Origin: Spartobacteria bacterium
Lineage (GTDB): Bacteria; Verrucomicrobiota; Verrucomicrobiia; Chthoniobacterales; UBA10450
Assembly (NCBI GenBank): GCA_021324035.1
Contig: JAJPJU010000188.1
Span: forward strand, 1-41,852
Length of the DNA stretch: 41,852 nucleotides
Direction of reading: 5' to 3'
This document shows positions 14,845 to 23,678 of the stretch, piece after piece. Below the pieces are notes generated by a model, which worked only from the letters and a program-made list of their open reading frames with translations, did not search any database and was not told the DNA's origin. Within the stretch, counting starts at the first letter, position 1; each line of letters opens with the position of its first letter. A program made the position numbers and the translations under genes.

Positions 14845-16607
14845 TATTGTGTTTTCGGCGCAACGATTTTTTGCGCGAGCGCTTCGAACCGCGGATCTCC
14901 GCGGAGATCATCGAGCCGCGGATCGTATTTGATGAGAAAGAGCTCGGAAGCGTGTTGGAAGAAGCCTTCCTCCAAATCGTCCATCGCATGTTTCTTTTCT
15001 CCTAGCCCTAGATGAACGATTGCCACCAAGTAGTCCGAAACATACTGCGAACGCGTTTTCTCGAGGAGACGCGAAAGGATTTGCTGAGCTTCTTCGCGCT
15101 GTCCACCGCGGCCGAGGGCCTGACCCAGTTGCGCGAGGATAGTTAAGTCATCGCCCGACCCAGCAGCTTTACGATATTCGGTGATTGCTTCCGGCAATCG
15201 ACCTTTGAACTCCAAAGCTTCAGCTAAAGAAGCACGAGCGACAGGAAAGCCGGGCTCGATCTCCAGAGTCTTTCGGCTCTGAGCCATCGCCTCATCGAAA
15301 CGGTGGGCATCTAGATAAGTAGACGCAAGGTTGTAATTAATGATCAATGAAAGAGGATCCAGCTCTATGGCCCGTTTTGCCTCGGCAATTGCGCGGTCAA
15401 ACTCGCCGATCATTTGCAAAGGCCTGTTTAGCCACTGGTGCGCGGTTGCGTAATTTGGGTTCAACTGAATTGCCCGCTCCAATTCCGCAACCGATTTGGC
15501 GGCATCGAAATCGTAACTAGCATAGGCCAATCCAAGAGCGGCGTGCGGTTCGGCCAGCGCGTTATCTAAACTCAACGCTTTCGTCGCCGCCGCCTTCACT
15601 TGCGGCACCGAGTTCTCTGGTGAAGATACGCCGTAATCCGCAAAAAGGACATAGGTCTCCGCCAACCCAGCATAGGCCAGAGCGTAGTTTGGATCTTTTG
15701 CGATCGCCTGATTGTAATAATCGGCGGCCTTCAACATGTCAGCCGGGGTCCGCTTGTTCCAAAAGAATCTACCCTTGAGATAAAGCTCGTACGCTTCTGG
15801 ATTCGTGGTCGGTTTTTTCGATATCGCAGTTTTTTCCGAGCCACTCAATTTTGCCTGCAAAGTGTCGGCGATCGTTTTCGCGATGTCGCTCTCGACCGCA
15901 AAAATGTCGGTCAGCTTGCGATCATAAATTTCGGCCCAAAGATGCGAATTCGTCATCGCATTTATCAACTGCACATTGACTCGGACTTGATCATTCGCTT
16001 TTTGGACGCTGCCTTCGAGAATGTTCATCGCACCGAGCTGCTTGGCGATATCGGGTAAATTTTCCGGCGCGCTTTTGAATTTCTGCGTCGAAGTGCGAGC
16101 GATGACTTTTAAGTCAGCAACCTTGGCCAGCCGCGTCAGAATTTCGTCCTGAACTCCTTCGGCGAAGAATGCGTTATCGGGATCGCGACTGAGATTATCG
16201 AACGGCAATACTGCAATTGATTTCGCCGGCAATTCGGTACGAGGCGCACTGGCATTATTCCCGGCCGTGTAACGGCCGAAAAAGAATAAGGCCACCGAGA
16301 TCGCTGCGCCGATGACAGCGACATAGATCCAGGTCTTCCCACGTGAGTGCTCCTGCTTGGCATCGGCAACTTCCGTTCGTTTGATCCCTTCGGGCGTCGC
16401 TTCGAAAGCCCATGCGATCACGAGGGCGATTAGAAATCCAATTGCGATCAATATGATCACCAAGCGCACAACCCAGTTCGGAATTTCCAGGAATGGAAAT
16501 ATTTGTGTCGCGATTTGAGCGATTAACCAGCCGACAACTGCATACGCGACCGCAACTTTGTAGACGTTGCGCCGCTTCAGCTCGGCGAAGAAATTGCGCT
16601 CGCTCAT
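14844..16607 (-). CDS. array member G3, subtype S (587 aa)
   Basis: ATG at 16607 overlaps the G2 stop (ATGA, 16604-16607). Starts MSERNFFAELKRRNVYKVAVAY. Residues 126-259 match G4 at 132 of 134 positions. The TPR half resembles G5. Tail: DPRLDDLRGDPRFEALAQKI. Confidence 0.85.
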   Translation of the reverse strand: MSERNFFAELKRRNVYKVAVAYAVVGWLIAQIATQIFPFLEIPNWVVRLVIILIAIGFLIALVIAWAFEATPEGIKRTEVADAKQEHSRGKTWIYVAVIGAAISVALFFFGRYTAGNNASAPRTELPAKSIAVLPFDNLSRDPDNAFFAEGVQDEILTRLAKVADLKVIARTSTQKFKSAPENLPDIAKQLGAMNILEGSVQKANDQVRVNVQLINAMTNSHLWAEIYDRKLTDIFAVESDIAKTIADTLQAKLSGSEKTAISKKPTTNPEAYELYLKGRFFWNKRTPADMLKAADYYNQAIAKDPNYALAYAGLAETYVLFADYGVSSPENSVPQVKAAATKALSLDNALAEPHAALGLAYASYDFDAAKSVAELERAIQLNPNYATAHQWLNRPLQMIGEFDRAIAEAKRAIELDPLSLIINYNLASTYLDAHRFDEAMAQSRKTLEIEPGFPVARASLAEALEFKGRLPEAITEYRKAAGSGDDLTILAQLGQALGRGGQREEAQQILSRLLEKTRSQYVSDYLVAIVHLGLGEKKHAMDDLEEGFFQHASELFLIKYDPRLDDLRGDPRFEALAQKIVAPKTQ

Positions 16608-18352
16608 TGCGGCGGAAAATTCATTCTTATGATGAACGCTTTGTAGCGGGGATCGTCCCGCAAGTTTTTCAACAACGGATCAACCAGCAGCCCCAGCATT
16701 CCACTGTCGTGATGATCATGTGCGATTTGCAACCACTCGAACGCTTTGTCTTTCTCGCTGCGGACCGCGTAAACTTCGACGATTTGATAGTCCAGTCCGC
16801 GATTGTTGGCGATGAGGTCGGCCAACGCCGCATCTGCCGCCTTTCGAACTCCGCGCGCATAGTGCGCAAGCGCGAGTTCGAAGCGGCGATAGCTCTCGTC
16901 GGGCTCCAACTGCGCCTCGCGCAACGCGGTCTCGCCGTCGCCGCGCTGAACGGCGACAAGGACCTGAAATCGACGACTCGAAGCACCACTCGGTTGCAAC
17001 TCTGCCGCTTTGCGCGCCACCGACTCCGTTTCATCAAGCTTTCCCAGATACAAAAGAACGCGGGCGAGATTGAGCTGTGCGGAAAAGGAAAGGGGATCGA
17101 GATTCACTGCCTGCCGAGCCTGCTTCTCGGCCTCATCGGGTCTGCCAACGTAAACAATGCACCGACCGAGCAGATCGTTCGCGGTCGGATTTGTTGGAGA
17201 CAATTCCTTGGCGCGTTTTAGCTCGGTCAGCCCCTCGGCAAATTTCCATTCCGTAAAAAAACGCGCCCAACCAAGAGCCGCGTGTGCCTCGGCCAGCCCA
17301 GGGGCAATTGCGACCGCTTTCTCCGCATCGCTCTGCGCTTTCGGCCAAGCGCTCTTGCCTTCGCCCGTGAGGTCTCCGATCAGGGTCCACGCTTCGGAAC
17401 GCTCCGCATAAGCAACCGCATAGTCTGGATCAAGACGGACCGCTTCATCGTAGTGGCCAACCGCCGTGCGATAATCTTCGAGATTTCGTCGAAGAAAATG
17501 GTAGTGGCCGAGGAGATAGGCGTCGTGCGCTTCGGTGTTTTTTGTGGCCACGCTCGTAGCTGAGCGTTCATCCGCTCCAAGCAATCTCACTTTTAGCGCC
17601 GACGCGACCGCTGTGGCGATTTCCTGCTGCACGGCGAAGATGTCCTTTAGCTCGCGATCGAATGTCCGGGTCCAAAGCTCGATTCCGTCCGCGGCGTTAA
17701 TCAGCTCCGCGACAATTCGAACCCGGTCGCCCTGTTTGCGCACCGTGCCCTCGAGTAAAGTCGCGACGCCGAGTTTCTCGCCGATCGCCTTGGGCTCCTC
17801 CTTTCTTTCCTTAAAACGAAATGAAGAACTGCGGCCGATGACTTTCAGTTCTCTGATCTGGGCCAGAGCAGCGATCAATTCCTCAGAAAGCCCATCGGAG
17901 AAATATTCGTCCTTGGGATCACCGCTTTCATTCAAGAGCGGCAACACCGCGATAGACTTGTTGCTCGCGCTGGACGTGGCGGTCGATCCTGGCGCGCGAG
18001 AGAATTGGTAGGCGAATAAGGCGGCGGCTGTGATCGCGATACCGATGATGAAGGCGGCGAATTTCTTTCTGCTCCAATATGGCAAGGCGTGGGCTTCGTC
18101 GGCCGAGACGTCCGCCGTTCGTTTCATTCCTTCAGGAGTCATCTCGAATGCCCACGAGATGCACACAGCCAGGACAAATCCGAGGGCCAGCAAGACGACC
18201 AGCGTTTTCATGACCCAGCCCGGCGCATCGAAAGTGGGCAGGAGAATCGAAGCTGCCTGAATCAACAGCCACGACACCACCAGATATGCGACTGCAACCT
18301 TGTAAACGTTGCGCCGTTTCAGTTCGGAAAAGAACGAAGGTTTCTCGCTCAT
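16604..18352 (-). CDS. array member G2, subtype M (582 aa from ATG 18352; the track starts one codon earlier at GTG 18355)
   Basis: Starts MSEKPSFFSELKRRNVYKVAVAY. The ATG overlaps the G1 stop (TGATG, 18350-18354). Contains SIAVLPLLNESGDPKDEYFSDGLSEELIAAL..LKVIGRSSS and the tail DPLLKNLRDDPRYKAF. Very similar to G7. Confidence 0.85.
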   Translation of the reverse strand: MSEKPSFFSELKRRNVYKVAVAYLVVSWLLIQAASILLPTFDAPGWVMKTLVVLLALGFVLAVCISWAFEMTPEGMKRTADVSADEAHALPYWSRKKFAAFIIGIAITAAALFAYQFSRAPGSTATSSASNKSIAVLPLLNESGDPKDEYFSDGLSEELIAALAQIRELKVIGRSSSFRFKERKEEPKAIGEKLGVATLLEGTVRKQGDRVRIVAELINAADGIELWTRTFDRELKDIFAVQQEIATAVASALKVRLLGADERSATSVATKNTEAHDAYLLGHYHFLRRNLEDYRTAVGHYDEAVRLDPDYAVAYAERSEAWTLIGDLTGEGKSAWPKAQSDAEKAVAIAPGLAEAHAALGWARFFTEWKFAEGLTELKRAKELSPTNPTANDLLGRCIVYVGRPDEAEKQARQAVNLDPLSFSAQLNLARVLLYLGKLDETESVARKAAELQPSGASSRRFQVLVAVQRGDGETALREAQLEPDESYRRFELALAHYARGVRKAADAALADLIANNRGLDYQIVEVYAVRSEKDKAFEWLQIAHDHHDSGMLGLLVDPLLKNLRDDPRYKAFIIRMNFPPQ

Positions 18353-20403
18353 CACTTCGCCATACCGTTTTCAGTAATGAGTTTTTGAAAACGCGGGTCT
18401 TTGCGCAGCGGGTCCCAGAGCGGATTGAATTTCAAATCGGCGACAGTCACTCCCGCAGGGACTTCGAGAAGATGGGGCAGGGCAGCAATCGCGGCATCGC
18501 GTTCGCCGAAATGCGCCTGGATCTGAGCGAGCGCGATCTCGGCCTGCGGTTTGGAGACCGCGTCGGTTTCGTACGCTTTGACGGTACTCTGCGCCTGTTG
18601 CAGCGCCTTCTCCTTTTCGCCTAGTCCGGCATAGGCAAACGCCAGAGTAGCAGCCGTGCCATTCGCATCGAGGACCACAGTCGATTGCGGCGTTGGCAAG
18701 ATTTCGTGGATCGCCCGCTCAAAAGTACGGCGCGCCTCATCCTTTTGGCCTGACCACTCCTGAAATTGCCCGAGCTCAACCAGAAACGATTTCTGGAACG
18801 AATCGAGCGCTTGACCGGGAGGAATCGAGCTGAGTTTTCGTTGGGCGACTTTGATTCCTTCATCAAAGTTACGTTCATAAGTTGCCTGAACCAGGCGCGC
18901 GCCGATGATCCAGTCATCAGTCAGGTCGGGCGGAACGTGCGCCAACTCATGATTGGCTTCCTCGAGGCGTCCCGCAGCCTGCAGCAGGCCCGCCTTGCCA
19001 GCATGGCCGACCTCGTCATCGGGCGCAAGTTGCAAAGACCGGTCGATGATGGCGAGAGCCTCGTCGAATCGTCTCAAGTAGGCATAGAACTCGCCCGCCA
19101 TTGAGTTCAGCAATTGAATGTCGCGTGGATCCAGTTCGAGTGCTCTTTTGTAATTTGCTTCCGCTTCGTTCCATTGGCCGAGGCGCCGTTGCACAAACGC
19201 GAGATATTGGTGGACCAATGCGCTGTTCGGCAGCCGTTTTTGCGCTTCCTGATATGCCGCCACTGCACCTTGGAAATCGCGCAATACCCGATAGCGATAA
19301 GACCCCTGCGCGATCCACGATTCGCCCGCTTCGGGTGCGAGGGTCATTGCATGATCGGCCGCTTCCTTCACCGCAGCGGCGCTGTTTGTGGTGAGATCGA
19401 TCGAGTTGAAATAAAGAAAGCTGCGGATGATCGACAAACGCGCCCAGGCCAGCGCGAAATTCGGATCGAGCTGGACCGCGTAGGCGTAAACGCGCTCCGC
19501 CTGACCGTAGGCCTCGTAGTTGTAGCTGTTGTGTTCAATTGCCAGCGCGCGGAGATAGGCATCGTAGGCCGCGGCATTCTGGGTCGGTTTACTGGCCACC
19601 GCTTTTTGTTCGGCGCCGGTAAGCTTGGCGTTGAGTTGATCGGCGATGGAGCTGGCGACTTCGCCTTCGACCCCGAAAACATCATCCAGTTTTCGATTGT
19701 AACTTTCGGCCCAGACATGTTCGTCGGTCGCCGCTTTGATTAGCTGAACGTTAACGTGAACGGCGTTGGCGATTTTTTGCACGCTGCCTTCGAGAACGTG
19801 GGCGACACCAAGTTGCTTACCGATATCGCGCAAATTGTCCGGCGCGCTTTTGTACTTCTGGGTCGAGGTCCGCGAAATGACCTTGAGCGCGGCGATCTTT
19901 GACAGGCGGGTCAGGATCTCGTCCTGGATGCCTTCAGCGAAATACGCATTCGATTTATCGTCACTCAGATTATCAAAAGGAAGAACAGCAATACTCTTTT
20001 CCGGAATCGGTCCGGAATTTTCGCTGGCGGTGCTTTGCGGTGCGGTCGGAGATCTTTTCGGTCCCAAAAATTGATACGCCAACAGCCCAGCCGAAATCAC
20101 CGCCAGGACGATGGTCAAAGCGATAATTTTTCGTCCGGTGCGGGGGGTAATCGACTTGTCAGACTCGATCTCGGATTCGCGTTTGATTCCTTGCGGAGTG
20201 ATCTCGAACGCCCAGGACAAAACCAGCGCGATCGGAAAACCGATGATCAGAATGACTACGACCAGACGAACCGCCCAGTTTGGAATTTCAAAAAACGGAA
20301 AAACCTGCGTTGCTATTTGAATGAGCAACCATGAAGCGACGGCGTAAGCGACCGCAACTTTGTAGACATTGCGACGCTTCAGTTCGGCAAAAAATCTGCT
20401 CAT
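18352..20403 (-). CDS. array member G1, subtype L (683 aa from ATG 20403)
   Basis: ATG at 20403 gives MSRFFAELKRRNVYKVAVAY, matching the other paralog starts. The track ORF extends to a TTG at 20469. Contains SIAVLPFDNLSDDKSNAYFAEGIQDEILTRLSKIAALKVISRTS, a long TPR region and the tail NPLWDPLRKDPRFQKL. Confidence 0.8.
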   Translation of the reverse strand: MSRFFAELKRRNVYKVAVAYAVASWLLIQIATQVFPFFEIPNWAVRLVVVILIIGFPIALVLSWAFEITPQGIKRESEIESDKSITPRTGRKIIALTIVLAVISAGLLAYQFLGPKRSPTAPQSTASENSGPIPEKSIAVLPFDNLSDDKSNAYFAEGIQDEILTRLSKIAALKVISRTSTQKYKSAPDNLRDIGKQLGVAHVLEGSVQKIANAVHVNVQLIKAATDEHVWAESYNRKLDDVFGVEGEVASSIADQLNAKLTGAEQKAVASKPTQNAAAYDAYLRALAIEHNSYNYEAYGQAERVYAYAVQLDPNFALAWARLSIIRSFLYFNSIDLTTNSAAAVKEAADHAMTLAPEAGESWIAQGSYRYRVLRDFQGAVAAYQEAQKRLPNSALVHQYLAFVQRRLGQWNEAEANYKRALELDPRDIQLLNSMAGEFYAYLRRFDEALAIIDRSLQLAPDDEVGHAGKAGLLQAAGRLEEANHELAHVPPDLTDDWIIGARLVQATYERNFDEGIKVAQRKLSSIPPGQALDSFQKSFLVELGQFQEWSGQKDEARRTFERAIHEILPTPQSTVVLDANGTAATLAFAYAGLGEKEKALQQAQSTVKAYETDAVSKPQAEIALAQIQAHFGERDAAIAALPHLLEVPAGVTVADLKFNPLWDPLRKDPRFQKLITENGMAK

Positions 20404-20514
20404 CTCGACCCTAGGGATTACGACGCCGATTTTCCCATAAACTGGGCAGTTGTCGATCTTTGCGCACAAATCGGTGCAAATCCTGCTGTCAAAACGGCGC
20501 TTCTCCGCATCCAG

Positions 20515-20556
20515 AGGTCAGATATCAAAGGTCAGACGTCAGCAAAGCAAAGACGA
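20515..20556 (+). repeat. tandem heptamer tract upstream of the array
   Basis: Read in 7-nt register: aggtcag atatcaa aggtcag acgtcag caaagca aagacga. It lies in the 370-nt non-coding region upstream of G1. Confidence 0.5.
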
Positions 20557-20774
20557 TCCATCGAACGAGGGCGAAAAATCAGTAATCTCACGATCTCGTT
20601 TGTATTGAGCTGCGTTGTGACCGCCGCCGCGCAACCGGAGCGGACCAACCAAAACGGACGAATTCTCGATCCGGCGCCGGTTTTGAGCTCATCCACTTTG
20701 TTCAACAAACTGCAAGCCGACGCGACCTTGGTATCAATCAACGGCGCGGACGATCGTCGACAGCCCGTAAAGAA

Positions 20775-21989
20775 CTACGCTTTCGGCGACTGAATATGTT
20801 CTGGCCGCGGGCCGAGGCCGATCATCCGCGCCGGTAACGTGCGCAGAAACGGAAACCAGAGAAACAGCCGCGTAAAGAACGGCAGCTTGTCGTCCGTTCC
20901 CGACGAGCGTCCCGTCACAACGTTGTGGTGAATAAACACCTGCAATCTTTGAATTACCCGCGTCGGCCACTCACGTCGCGCCTGCACTTCCGCGAGCTCA
21001 GCAACTGAAACAGATCGGGTGCTCAATTTTGCCGCGAGCAGGTTTGCGGTCGCGACTGCATCCTGAATCGCAAGATTGATCCCCACTCCGCCGGCCGGGG
21101 ACATCGCATGCGCATTATCGCCGATGCAAAGCAATCCCTCGCGACACCATTTTTTGAGGCGATTGATCTGAACCGTCAGCAATTTGATCTTATCCCAATT
21201 ATCAAGCTCGCCGATCCGATCGCTCAAAAATTTGCCCATGCCCACAATGTCACTGTGCAACGCCGGCAGACCGCGCTGTTTGATTTCGTCGAAGCCGCCC
21301 TTGGGAATCACGAAACCGACTTGGAAATAATCGCCGCGATCAAGAAGGACGAGGAGTTTGCCGTGTTGAAAAAACCCGAGCGTTTGCGGTGGATCATCGG
21401 CGTGTTTTGAAAGACGCATCCAAAGCACGTCGATCGGTGCGCCGAATTCCATAAGCTCGAGATTTGCCTTCTCGTGTGTGATCGCGTGCCGGCCGTCGGC
21501 TCCGATTACCAGATCGGACCGAAAATCGCGCTCGCCGTCCGGCATTTTGGCACGCACACCCGCCACGCGATCGTTGTCGAAGAGCAGATCGACCACTTCG
21601 TGTTGCATATGCAACGTGAAAGCCGGAAAGCGTTTTGCTTCGCCGGCGAGAAAATTCAGAAAATCCCACTGTGGCATGAACGCAATGAACTTGCAGTGTG
21701 TCGGCAAGTGCGAGAAATCCGCCATCGGGACGGGATGACCATTGAAGATGCCGCGAATCTCGCGCAGTTCCTGGTGCGGAAGCTTCAGGAACTTGTCCAA
21801 CAATCCCAGCTCATACATCAGCTCGAGGGTCGACGGATGGATGGTGTCGCCGCGAAAATCGCGAAAGAAATCGGCGTGCTTCTCCAACACCGCCACCTCT
21901 ACGCCGGCGCGCGCGAGCAAAAAGCCGACCATCATTCCCGCCGGCCCGCCGCCGACGACCACACACCTGGTTCGCGACCCGTCGCTCAC
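20775..21989 (-). CDS. FAD-dependent monooxygenase/oxidoreductase (PHBH-fold flavoprotein)
   Basis: Rossmann motif CVVVGGGPAGMMVGFLLARAGVEVAVLEK and the flavoprotein monooxygenase motif LLCIGDNAHAMSPAGGVGINLAIQDA. I prefer the GTG at 21989 (VSDGSRTRCVVVGGGPAG). The longer track ORF to 22049 translates the heptamer repeat as TSNIKPHTSNI. Confidence 0.8.
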   Translation of the reverse strand: MSDGSRTRCVVVGGGPAGMMVGFLLARAGVEVAVLEKHADFFRDFRGDTIHPSTLELMYELGLLDKFLKLPHQELREIRGIFNGHPVPMADFSHLPTHCKFIAFMPQWDFLNFLAGEAKRFPAFTLHMQHEVVDLLFDNDRVAGVRAKMPDGERDFRSDLVIGADGRHAITHEKANLELMEFGAPIDVLWMRLSKHADDPPQTLGFFQHGKLLVLLDRGDYFQVGFVIPKGGFDEIKQRGLPALHSDIVGMGKFLSDRIGELDNWDKIKLLTVQINRLKKWCREGLLCIGDNAHAMSPAGGVGINLAIQDAVATANLLAAKLSTRSVSVAELAEVQARREWPTRVIQRLQVFIHHNVVTGRSSGTDDKLPFFTRLFLWFPFLRTLPARMIGLGPRPEHIQSPKA

Positions 21990-21991
21990 AA

Positions 21992-22024
21992 TGTTTGATG
22001 TATGAGGTTTGATGTTTGATGTGA
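21992..22024 (+). repeat. heptamer repeat R1 (tgtttga-type)
   Basis: tgtttga tgtatga ggtttga tgtttga tgtga. It matches R2 at 30 of 33 positions in the same orientation. Confidence 0.9.
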
Positions 22025-22069
22025 AGGCAATACGGTGGCGAAGAGACATAGCGAATCACGAGTAAGAGC

Positions 22070-23647
22070 ATGAGCAAGATCAAGAGTCGCTACGACGTCG
22101 TTATCCTGGGCGCGGGACATAATGCACTGGTGGCGGCTAGTTATCTCGGACGTGCCGGATTGAGCGTGCTTGTGCTCGAGAAAAACGACTACATCGGCGG
22201 CGCGACCACGTCGCAAAAGGTTTTTCCCGATTACGATGCGCGGCTCTCTCGATATGCCTATCTCGTCAGCTTGTTCCCGGAGAAGATCATTCACGACCTT
22301 GGTTTGAGGCTGCGGCTGAAGCAAAGATCCACCGGCTCATTTACCCCTTATATTAAGAGCGGTCGTCAGGGCGGGCTGCTGGTCAGCAATGTCGATGAGG
22401 GTTTAAGCCGGCAATCGTTCGTACATCTGACTGGAACCGAAGCCGAATTCGAGCAGATGAAAGCCTTCTACAACCTTGCCCGCATCTTTGCCGAACAGAC
22501 CTGGGATTCGATGCTCAAACCGCTGTTGTCGAAAAAGGACATGGAACGACGCTTCGATGCTGATGCTACTTCTCGCGAAGCGTGGCGAAGTTTGGCCGAA
22601 GAACCGCTTGGCCGCGCCGTCGAACGTTACCTGCAAAACGATCTCGTCCGTGGCCTCGTGTTCACCGATGCCAAGATTGGCGTGTTCACGAATCCCCATG
22701 ATCCATCGCTGCTTCAAAACCGCTGTTTCCTTTATCACCTGATCGGCAACAAGACCGGAGAATGGAAAGTTCCGGTGGGAGGAATGGGCGCGGTTGCACG
22801 CGAGTTGGAGCAAACCGCGCGAAAATCAGGCGCGGAATTTTTCACGAATGTGAAGCTGACTGGAGTCGATCTTTCAAACCGCACCGTCAAATTTGAAAGC
22901 GATAGGAAACAGCAAACGGTGGATGCAAAATTTTTGCTGGTGAACTTCGGCCGTAACGTCCTGGCGAAATACACCGGCGAAAAATATCAGCCGCAACCGG
23001 TAGACGAGGGGAGCGTTTTCAAAATCAACATGCTGTTGCGCCGGCTACCCAAACTCAGGGCGGCGAAATACAAACCGAAACAGGCTTGGTCGGGAACATT
23101 TCACAGCGATGAAGGCTACGAACAGATGAATGCAAGCTACCAGCAGGCGGCGAAGGGAACGTTGCCCGCCAAAACTCCGTGCGAAGTTTATTGTCATACT
23201 CTCACCGACGACAGCATTCTGTCGCCGGAGCTCCGCTCCAGGGGTTTCCACACCATCACATTGTTCGGCCTCGATGCGCCTTATTCGCTGTTTTCGAAAA
23301 ACAATCAGGCCGCGCGAGAAGCCGCAGAGGAAAAATTTCTCGCCAGCATGAATCAATGGCTGGACGAACCGCTCCGGGATTGTCTGGCGGTGGCTCGGGA
23401 TGGAAGCCTTTGTATCGAAAGCAAAAGCCCGGTCGATATCGAACAGTCGTTAGGCATGTACCACGGTAATATTTTTCAAGATGCGCTGACCTGGCCGTTC
23501 GCGATCAAAAAGGAACAAGTTGGGACCTGGGGAGTCGAGACCGAGTGGGAAAATGTTTACTTCTGCGGATCGAGCGCGCTCCGCGGCGGCGCGGTCAGTG
23601 GAATTCCCGGACACAACGCGGCGCGAGCTGTGCTCGCGCGTGTTTGA
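22070..23647 (+). CDS. phytoene-desaturase-family (CrtI-like) NAD(P)/FAD-dependent oxidoreductase
   Basis: 525 aa. N-terminal dinucleotide-binding motif YDVVILGAGHNALVAASYLGRAGLSVLVLEKNDYIGGA. Length and C-terminal GSSALRGGAVSGIPGHNAA are typical of CrtI-like amine-oxidase-fold enzymes. Confidence 0.8.
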   Translation: MSKIKSRYDVVILGAGHNALVAASYLGRAGLSVLVLEKNDYIGGATTSQKVFPDYDARLSRYAYLVSLFPEKIIHDLGLRLRLKQRSTGSFTPYIKSGRQGGLLVSNVDEGLSRQSFVHLTGTEAEFEQMKAFYNLARIFAEQTWDSMLKPLLSKKDMERRFDADATSREAWRSLAEEPLGRAVERYLQNDLVRGLVFTDAKIGVFTNPHDPSLLQNRCFLYHLIGNKTGEWKVPVGGMGAVARELEQTARKSGAEFFTNVKLTGVDLSNRTVKFESDRKQQTVDAKFLLVNFGRNVLAKYTGEKYQPQPVDEGSVFKINMLLRRLPKLRAAKYKPKQAWSGTFHSDEGYEQMNASYQQAAKGTLPAKTPCEVYCHTLTDDSILSPELRSRGFHTITLFGLDAPYSLFSKNNQAAREAAEEKFLASMNQWLDEPLRDCLAVARDGSLCIESKSPVDIEQSLGMYHGNIFQDALTWPFAIKKEQVGTWGVETEWENVYFCGSSALRGGAVSGIPGHNAARAVLARV

Positions 23648-23673
23648 TGTTTGAGCTTTGATGTTCGATGTGA
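23641..23673 (+). repeat. heptamer repeat R2 (tgtttga-type)
   Basis: tgtttga tgtttga gctttga tgttcga tgtga. It overlaps the TGA stop (23645-23647) of the CrtI-like gene. Confidence 0.9.
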
Positions 23674-23678
23674 TGCAC

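Noticed and set aside
3174-20403. A diversity-generating retroelement or phase-variation cassette system driving TPR diversification in the array.
   Set aside because: No reverse transcriptase, recombinase or invertase ORF is present, and I could not see any template/variable repeat pair with adenine-specific differences. Divergence is spread over entire TPR halves and is consistent with ordinary duplication and recombination.
20404-20469. The longer G1 start (TTG 20469, MCAKIDNCPVYGKIGVVIPRVE-MSRFF...).
   Set aside because: All other paralogs start 2-5 residues before FFAELKRR. The extension contains only a KIDN relic and no conserved sequence, so the ATG at 20403 is preferred. The longer form is not excluded.
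20716-20740. An inverted partner for the aggtcag heptamer tract (20515-20556), about 175 nt away.
   Set aside because: The match needs gaps and has many mismatches, and the spacing is 3-5 times that of the clear elements. I treat the tract as unpaired.
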